From: Schmidtea nova
Taxonomy: Eukaryota
Assembly: GCA_044892505.1 (NCBI GenBank)
Contig: CM097883.1
Span: forward strand, 306,714,001-306,778,000
DNA length: 64,000 nt
Reading direction: 5' to 3'
Of this stretch, positions 55,901 through 64,000 are shown piece by piece; the first letter of the stretch is position 1; every line of letters begins with the position of its first letter. Position numbers and translations under genes: made by a program. The notes under the pieces are model-generated. The model ran no database searches. It was not told where the DNA came from and saw only the letters and a program-made list of their open reading frames with translations.

Positions 55901-56401
55901 TTAGTGGAAAACACTTCGCTTGAGGCCGTGAACGGGAGTAATATGCAACCCGTGATTGACTGGATTTCTTCGGATGTGAGCCATCGAACAGTTTAGTTTG
56001 GGGCGTCCGTGGCACGTTTTCGGTAGGTGATTCGGAATCAACCCGAATTTAAGCAACTTGAGCGGTGAGACATATCCCCAATGGATCACTATCGTTGGAT
56101 TTCCTTCGCTGTCTGACACCACTATGATGAACAGAGCTGTCGTCTCCCGGTCTCTTTCGTCCTGAATTTCCCATCCGGGGCCTCCTCGATATACGAGGGT
56201 ATCCAATCCACCGGTCCAAATTGAGAATGGACATTTCTTTCCTAGTTCCCGTCGCCATTTATACATCAACGCATTTAGCGTTCTTAGAAGTTCCGGTGGG
56301 AGCGACTTCAATTTTTTCTGTTGCGTCCGGATTAGAGGATTTTCGACCCGTGCCACATGACGTTGAGTTGTTAGAAATTCATCCAGTATCGTTGCCTTCA
56401 T
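55901..56401 (-). CDS. LTR ORF A, 5' LTR copy
   Basis: Same as 29296-29796. Confidence 0.55.
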   Translation of the reverse strand: MKATILDEFLTTQRHVARVENPLIRTQQKKLKSLPPELLRTLNALMYKWRRELGKKCPFSIWTGGLDTLVYRGGPGWEIQDERDRETTALFIIVVSDSEGNPTIVIHWGYVSPLKLLKFGLIPNHLPKTCHGRPKLNCSMAHIRRNPVNHGLHITPVHGLKRSVFH

Positions 56402-57587
56402 CTGGAAAAAAATAATAATGCTAATAAATTTTATTGTGACGAACCCGTAAATTTTGGTGAGACCTGATAAAAAATGCTCGGCTCGTTGATCAATGACAAA
56501 AAAATGTGAAAAAGAGGAATAAAAAAATATTTTCCAAACTATTCAATTAACACCGTCGCTATGTACAGCGATCGGAATATTAAAAATTTACCTATTATTA
56601 CCTGCGCTATGTACAGCGATCAGGTTACGATTTTATTTATTTAATCAGTAGTGTCGATCCGAATATATCGTTATTTATGTCTAAATTAAACTGTAGTTGG
56701 AACGTCGAAATCGTCTCGGTGTGTCCGGACGTGATTTCGTTCAGCTATGTTGATTCACAAAAATTTGCGTGTATATGAAAAAATCGATCTAGTCGACCTG
56801 ATAATTGATGTTATAGTTTGTTTTCGCCCGTCTGATCGAATGTTAATGTTAACCACTGTCTACAAATCTTACTCGTGTCCTTGTCCCTGCACAACTTTAC
56901 CGTACCGTGAAACTTCCGATAAAATTAAATTAAATAAAGAATACCAATAAAAACTCTGCTCACCATCTTGTGGAACGGTGAAATCCCACATTTACGGCTT
57001 GCTCCCTCGCAGCGTAAGCTACTGAGGAAGTATATTTATTAGATCATAAAATAATGGCATAAGAAAAATAGAGTTTAAATCCACGATGCAGTGTTCTCCA
57101 AAAATTTATACAGTATTTATCGTATCAAAGTTGACTATGATAGGTCAGTTCGGTAACTAAGTTGTTAGGTGTGTGTTTTTTTTTATGATTTTTGGATCGG
57201 TATTTATACTGATCCAGTTGGTCAGATTGACCAATCAGGATCAGGCCGTCCATCAAAGTAATTTTGTTATTTTATTTTAATATAAACCATTTTAAATTTC
57301 CGGTTCAGATTTCTCGCTGGGTGGTCTCGATTTTTTCAAGTAATTAACCAATTAATTGTACTTTTATTTGATTTTATTTGTAATTTTCTTATTTCAGACC
57401 CCCATACTGCTCGTTCCCGTGTCAATTTGATTTTCTTCCTTTGCTGGAAATTTAGTAATTATTACTTATTATTTTATTTTGATTTTTAATTTAGGTTTTT
57501 TGAATGTTTTTTGTGGTTATTATTTGTATTTATTGTTTAAATTAGTACAATATTTTTGTCTTTTTAGACCAATTGGTGGGCCCAACA

Positions 57588-57591
57588 TTAC
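57588..57591. other. Target-site duplication, right copy (TTAC)
   Basis: Matches 28027-28030. Confidence 0.9.
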
Positions 57592-58152
57592 TAATTTTCG
57601 GTAACTCTTTTAATCTTAACAAACACTAACTTAATAGGCATTTATACTTTGACTTGAGAAAAAATTTAACACCCATATTATTTAACTAAAAAATTTATTC
57701 GCATTAAAATAAAATAATTTCGTCTAAGAGTTCGAGTGCCGTTAATTCGTTTAAATGATCCACTTGGGTTGCTAGTTGTCTGGCGAAATCACACTTCCGT
57801 CGTCTTTGTTTCGAACCCAACCTTCGTTTTCTCATTCAGCCCAGCGGTTTAGTTAAGGTATTTGATGGTGAATGAGGGACGCCCGGCAGCGTAGGTGCTG
57901 GTTTTGATGAACCGGAAATCAGACCAAAGTATTCTGATTTTTGGTGTGGTTGCCGATTCATCAATTTTATTTTTGTTTCCTCGCTTTTAATTTTATGTAA
58001 TCTTACAAATAAATTTAATAATACTTCGTTGTGTTCCGGTGGTCGAAAGTTGTGTTGCTTGGCAACTGCATTTGTGTACGGGGAATTGAAACTGTGAATT
58101 GAACTCTCATTTTGAATTTGATCTACCGGACTATATTTGGAAATATTTATTT

Positions 58153-58947
58153 TTAAAATACACGGAACGTTGTATTTATTTGGCTCCAGGGAACTTTAAT
58201 GTCATCGTTTATTAATTCTAATGAGGTAAATTTGAGCGTTTTGGAATATTTATTATGGAATAAGACCATACAGTTTATGAAAATAGAATGTCGGTATATA
58301 AATATTGTTCTTTCCGGGGATAATTTCAATTGAGACAGATACTGGGGAGTCGTCGCAACATAGCATGATTTTATTGACCAGTATTTATTATTATCATCAT
58401 TGCAAATGATACAATAATCATCTTCTTTATCAGTAAACTGTTTGAAGAATGTTGTGAAAACTGTATCACCAGCAGAATTGGAGGAACAGTAATCCTGGTG
58501 CACAATCGAAAATATGTCAATGAGGGTTCTATTGTTTGTTATTATTGACAGATAAAGTGGAGTACTGATGGGTACTTCGCAATCATTAATTGAGATCAGA
58601 TTGCGCATCAGAATATATCTTACCATTCCTTCTTCCCCATCGATTACGGCGATATGCAGCTGATTATAACCTGCTTTGTATTCAGTCTGCAAGAAGCCAT
58701 TTCTCTTCTCTAATATTTGTCTAATTTCTCCCACTGCTTTAGATAAGTCATGTTGCTCCAATTTATAAACTTTTTTAATCATGAAATCGAAAAATTTAAT
58801 TCTATTTTCAACGGCAGAGATCTCCAAAAGTAAATGACCACTTTGTGCAGTGAAATCATTAATTGCTTTAACTGGACAATTAGCAGTAAAATATTCAAAT
58901 TGATTTGAAAGTAAAAATTGATCAAGCATTATTAAATAGTGAGACAA
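58153..58947 (-). CDS. Intronless ankyrin-repeat-containing ORF (264 aa)
   Basis: GYNQLHIAVIDGEEGMVRYIL and STPLYLSIITNNRTLIDIF resemble two ankyrin repeats. Confidence 0.55.
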   Translation of the reverse strand: MSHYLIMLDQFLLSNQFEYFTANCPVKAINDFTAQSGHLLLEISAVENRIKFFDFMIKKVYKLEQHDLSKAVGEIRQILEKRNGFLQTEYKAGYNQLHIAVIDGEEGMVRYILMRNLISINDCEVPISTPLYLSIITNNRTLIDIFSIVHQDYCSSNSAGDTVFTTFFKQFTDKEDDYCIICNDDNNKYWSIKSCYVATTPQYLSQLKLSPERTIFIYRHSIFINCMVLFHNKYSKTLKFTSLELINDDIKVPWSQINTTFRVF

Positions 58948-59199
58948 ATAATATCAAGTAACTTGTTGGGCCAAAACGCAATTTGTTTTAATACAGCGAT
59001 AACCCCATAGGTAGAGAACGCGCAAGATTCCATTTTTAACCCTAGCATCCATTAAAAATCCAACAATTAAGTGGAAAACACCAAAAGGTGAAGTGGAATC
59101 AAAACACATCAACCGGTAGAGTACGCGCTAGCTGCGCATTTGTAAGTCTTTTCACTGAAATCTCGAGAAAAATTAAAAGCAGAATGTTTGAAAGTTAGA

Positions 59200-62050
59200 A
59201 TAGGCGAAAAATTCATTGAAAATGCCCATAAAGAACAGAATTTTTTCATAAACCTTCAGTACAGAAAAATTAACAAAATTTTAGAAGAAAATTGTGATTT
59301 TATCACAGAATTTCACATTCAACAATAGAAAGAATTAACATTGATCGAAATATCATAAATTAAATCAAATCGAACAAATTTCGATTCAAACATAAAAATT
59401 TTGAATTAAATTAAATTATTTATGGTCTATAAAAAATTATTATACAAAAATATGGAATTAATTTTCGGAATATCATTAGAATTAATTTAGAAAAAATTAA
59501 GAGAAAATTCTAGAACAATTTGTTTTATTGCACTAGTGAAGATAGCGAAAAATGGATGGTATATATACCGCCATCAAAATGGAACTTCTCAGAATTTGTA
59601 AAAAAAATTTTCGATTTAAAAATCTAAATTCTACTTCAGAAGAAAACTTAATTTAAATTCTACTTCAGAAGAAAACTTAATTTAAGAGAATTTTTGTGAG
59701 AATCGTGTGAGAATTTTGTCCAGAATTTCAGAATTTGTGGAAGAATATCAGAATTTGTGGAAGAATATCAGAATTTGTGGAAGAATTTCAGAATTTGTGG
59801 AAGAATACCAGAATTTGAGAATTTGTGAATTTCAGAATTTGAGAATTTGCGGTAGAATTTGTAGAATTTTCTAGAAAATTGAACTTAATTTCAGAATTTA
59901 ATTTTCCGAAGAATATAAACGTAAGGGTTAATTGGATTGATTATTATTATTATTTTATTGGGATTGGAATGGTCGTTTATCATGCCTAACGATCCTTCCA
60001 TTCCTCGCCTTTTCTCATATAATATGTTATTTATTATTTTATTAATCATGTAATCTTATATTATTAAAATATTTAATGATTAGTTTTTATTAATTTTTCT
60101 TGTTAAAATTTTTGTTACAAATTCCCAACACATTCAGAAAATCTCATTGCAAGTAGCAAATTACATCAAATTATGAAAAATAAATAATTTTTTTTTCTCC
60201 CATATCTTCTGACGATCCGTCCAGCCTTGCGTTGTGCGGATCTGTTAGTAGCCTGGGTGGATCGTTGTCTGATTGGTAATCGGCCAGCCCATATTTCCAC
60301 TTTAAGGTGAGGCTCATACATCCATAATCACGTCATCCCAACTGGGGAATCGTGGTATGGCCAAGAGCAAGGATTTGTTATACTAATGATCGTTATTATA
60401 ATAGAGTAGTATATTATCATTATTTTACATAAGCAATTTCGTAATACAACATAACATTTTCCAATTCATGTCTTGAAATCTAAAATAGGAAATATTATTG
60501 AATAAAATCGACTCGTACTCACCTTCACCTTCACACTCTCAACAACGATCATCTTATGTGAAAAACGCAAGAAAAATGGAAGCTAATGTCTAAAAGAAAA
60601 TTGTTCGAAGTAATGCTCAAGCTAGGGTAACGATCATGAAATGAAACGAATTGTGAAACAAGTATTGATTTGATCTGAATTAAACCCATTATTGTCTAAA
60701 TAAGTTTCTCCAGTGAACCTTGTTTTCGAGAGCCTGAAGTTCCTAAGTGAAGCGTCCCGAAAAAATTCGCGCGCACTTTAGTTGGGAAATTCATGCTCAA
60801 CGAAACCGAAATTCATTTTGCTCGATATCGAAAAATATTCTTTGAGGAATTTATAACTTATTTTAATTTTAATTTTTTTCAGTATATAAAACTTTTTAGG
60901 TTGAATGCTTATTTGGATTTCGAAATTTATGGATAAAAATTTATTATAATGTGGATTTCATTTTGATCAAAAATTAAAAATTGACTTTTTATTATATTGA
61001 AAAATTTTTATAATGAAAAATTGTAAACCAAAACTTTCCTAATACTGTTATTATATAAAAGATTTGATCATTTTATAAAATCCCAGAGAATTTGCAAATC
61101 AAAAGTTATATCAAACCCCATAAAATTTATAGATCGAAATTTTATTATTATATTAATAGTTTTTATTATTTTATAAAAATCTGAATTCGAGATTTTATAG
61201 AAAAATTTTTGATCTATTCTTAAAGTATAAAAATTTAAATTCAAATCGACATTATAAAAATTATAAATTTTATCGTTATTTGATTTTCATAGAAATTTTA
61301 AACTTAAAAATTTGTAAAAAGCATTATAAAAATTATTATTATTATTTTAATTTAAAAAGTATTATTATTATTTTAATGCTAAAAATATTTTATATAATTT
61401 ATAAATAGCATATTATAACTACCCCCACGATATCTCAAAATCATAATACATCCCTAATTGCAAAAAATTACCCCCTTTCCATTAAATAGCATCATCCATA
61501 CTAATACACAAGCAACCTCTAATTAAAATACAATATACACACATACACAGTGTCATTCAATAACATTCAACAATCATATACACACCAGCAAACCATACCA
61601 AAATTCCACACAGACATGCTAGTTAGAATCGTACGTCTAACCACACTCACGAGCACTCAATTGTTTTCAGTCACCCGTCATAGAATCGCACGCAAACACG
61701 ATAACAATACAATCATCCAAACCTATAGTAATATTACACTCAATCGTACGATCTTACCTCACTCATCAATAAATCATTTGTTTTACATCCAACCTACTGA
61801 TCAACACTCCAACACATACGATCACACAAACAGATATCCATAATAGACCTAACCGGATATAGACGCCTACAAACTTGCACCCCGAACGTCCATGTCATCC
61901 TCATTCGAATCACCCTTAAAAAATTTAAGACAAACACGTTGTTATAAATCGCCAAACTTATACACAAATCTAATCCCAGGAGGATTACGAAAGAAAAGGT
62001 AAAATAAAAGGGAGTAAAATTATTAATTAACACATGATACAAGAATAAAC
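59200..62050 (-). repeat. Copy C of the multi-kb dispersed repeat
   Basis: 60200-60375 matches the reverse complement of 5810-5995 (agtagcct.ggtggatcg, ggccagccca.atttcc, tggccaag.gcaaggat). 59565-59600 matches the reverse complement of ~6440-6475. PCSWPYH at 60352-60372 (minus). Confidence 0.72.
59625..59870. repeat. Minisatellites: 30-bp x2 and ~20-bp cagaatttgtggaagaatat arrays
   Basis: Read directly from the sequence. Confidence 0.85.
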
Positions 62051-63302
62051 TAAGCATAAGAAAAATTTATTAAATAACAACTTAAATTAATTAAGGTAAA
62101 CCTAATGTACTGACAATAAAGGTGATTGTTGATTTTTTTTTTGGTCTCGTAATTAGATCCAATTCGTTTCACCAGTTGAATATTTGAACGGAGATGTGGT
62201 CCAACAATGTAATCCGAACTCCCTAACGAGGGTTAAATCATATTGTGGTAAAGGAAAAAGGAGAAATTCCCTTTTATTCATTCAATCATAAGATAGGCGG
62301 TTACAGAGAAGATCTGTTTGAAAACCGCGAAATGACATTGTTGAACAGAGACTGAATTGAAATTGAATAGAGATTGAGATGGAGATTGAAATGGAAGGTG
62401 AAATTCAATCATCACTCCTGTGAATTGCACTGCGAGTTCTCTTCAATTTTTTGTTTTGAAATTTTCGGATAATAAATTACGAGATCTGCAAGTTTTTTTT
62501 TTGGAAAGATCTTCACTCTGGTAATTCCCCTCGACTAGTTGACTGGATATCGAGACCTAAATCCTGAAAATGTTATTACCCAAACGAAATAGAATAAATT
62601 ACTGGTATGTTCGTTGAATTGGCAGAAATCCGCTTCCTAAAAATAGCTATCAAAAATCAATAATCATAATGTGAACTTTAAATTGTTATAATAAAAATTA
62701 TCCAATAGAAATCAAGGAAAATTTGCTTACTCGTTTATATAGTTTTCTTCTTTTAAGGGGGAACAGCCTTGTTTTCAAGGGTATCCGGACTAGATTTGAA
62801 TTTCCTAAATTAAAATTTAAGTTAGAATCTGAAAATATAGGAATTAGCTAAAATTAATAAATTAATAGATTATAATTAAATTAAATTTACCAAATATTTA
62901 GGCAGCTTATGTGGATACCGTTGTTAAGGCCTCGGTGAAAATTTAAATATAAATTTATTGAAAATTTTAAAAATAAAATTCATAAAATTTCCATTAAAAT
63001 AGCAAGTTAGACATTAGGTATAGGGGATTAAACATCATAACGTGAGTTTTTAATGAAAAGAAAAGTCCAAAAAATCGAAATTTTTCAATCAATAGGGCCT
63101 TTAAACACAAATAATTAAAATCAAACACTGACGGATAAAGATTTTTCTTTTGATTCCCGAATTGAGGCTCGATGGGCATGCCCACGGAAGATTCGTGGTC
63201 AAATATGTGTTTTATTAAATTTTCATGAATGATGATATATGTTGAAATTGTTGTGCAGTAACTATGCTCGACATGTACTAAATGCTTGCATAATTTTAGA
63301 AA

Positions 63303-63875
63303 ATGAACCCGATACAACAGCTCGAAGAGATACGCACATTACTTCTCGACAACGCGAGACATAACAAGAAGGTCGATGCCCGTTTGGCCGAACTAGAAGC
63401 CAAAGGCGCATCCAACTCAGACGCACTCCAGCTAATGACCAGCCGAATGGAGAAATTCCGGGCCCGCTGTCGCAAAATGGAAGCGACATGGTCCGATAAG
63501 GAGACGGTAGACCGGCTGAAGAAGCAGAATCAGCTGCTAATGCAACAGGCCGCCGAGGATGCAATGAGATTGCGGGCGTGTCGGGTTGCAATGCGAGAAC
63601 AGGAACTCGTAAACCAAAAACTACAGGTAGATAGTGGCATCATCGCGGCCATACTACCGAAACCTCAACCTCCACCTCAAGAACTGTTCCCGGTGAGGGT
63701 GGAGGAGGAAATCACAGCAGCAGCGGCTCCGACCAAGCCAAAACGATGGAGGCCCAGTAAAGGAACGAGGGCCAGAAATAAGCGCCGTCAAGAAGCCCGA
63801 GTGCTAGGCCAATTGAGGGTCGAGGCCTCGAAAATCGGTGATTTAACCATTGACCTGACTAATGCACGTTTTTGA
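63303..63875 (+). CDS. Intact orphan coiled-coil / basic-tail protein (190 aa)
   Basis: GC-rich intact ORF with ATG in a ttttag-AAA-ATG context and AATAAA just after the stop. Paralog at 16650-17204. Confidence 0.75.
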   Translation: MNPIQQLEEIRTLLLDNARHNKKVDARLAELEAKGASNSDALQLMTSRMEKFRARCRKMEATWSDKETVDRLKKQNQLLMQQAAEDAMRLRACRVAMREQELVNQKLQVDSGIIAAILPKPQPPPQELFPVRVEEEITAAAAPTKPKRWRPSKGTRARNKRRQEARVLGQLRVEASKIGDLTIDLTNARF

Positions 63876-64000
63876 GTGAACTTGTAATAAATGTCGTTAT
63901 TTTTATGCTATAATTATAAGTTTTCAATTAGTTTTCTTTTGTGTGATTGAATGGGGATAAAGATAAAAATAAAAACACTCAAATAAATTGATTGATTAAT

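Larger units (their letters stand above)
28031..57587 (-). mobile_element. Full-length giant Ty3/Gypsy (Metaviridae-like) LTR retroelement, 29,557 bp, with envelope-like glycoprotein and many accessory ORFs
   Basis: Paired LTRs with TG...CA ends, 4-bp TSD, PBS, and PR-RT-RH-IN domain order (Ty3/Gypsy type) with a DD35E integrase. Confidence 0.97.
54632..57587 (-). repeat. 5' LTR (2956 bp)
   Basis: Direct repeat of 28031-31082. Visible differences: 99-bp deletion, +4 bp in a TG tract, a 1-bp indel and a few substitutions. Confidence 0.97.

Noticed and set aside
1-64000. Firm species assignment (planarian) or naming the element Burro
   Set aside because: AT richness, short introns and the cargo are compatible with this, but nothing in the window proves the taxon or family.

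Overview
AT-rich eukaryotic (invertebrate-like) genomic DNA with 45-70 nt introns. It is mostly transposon-derived and holds one clear host gene, the 10-exon Fip1/FIP1L1 (9177-12825). The main feature is a complete ~29.6-kb Ty3/Gypsy LTR retroelement on the minus strand (28031-57587). It has near-identical ~3-kb LTRs (TG...CA), a 4-bp TTAC target-site duplication and a tRNA-Pro-type PBS. Its main reading frame (52302 to 35064) reconstructs to about 5,600 aa once one in-frame TAA in integrase and one 348-bp duplication with a frameshift are discounted. Domain order: Gag (3 CCHC), putative ubiquitin-like domains, Bcl-2-like region, signal peptide + chuvirus-like glycoprotein + TM, protease, RT, RNase H, integrase, ankyrin repeats, then two copies of a Cys-rich FN3-like membrane-protein cassette. 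An envelope-like glycoprotein in frame between Gag and protease is the most unusual observation. The element also carries an IAP-type RING ORF in its leader, a full intronless TRAF, four orphan ORFs and two ORFs inside each LTR; most of these start right after an AG-A(n)-ATG acceptor-like motif. Giant Gypsy elements with apoptosis-related cargo have been reported from planarians (Burro), so size and cargo may not be new. The envelope position and membrane cassettes need a database check. Also present: two decayed copies of a smaller Ty3/Gypsy family whose Gag begins with a ubiquitin-like domain ending RxxGG, a piggyBac-type MITE, a Tc1/mariner remnant, a Tigger-like element, a 47-bp satellite and several dispersed orphan repeat/ORF families. 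All domain calls come from motif recognition by eye; no database searches were run.
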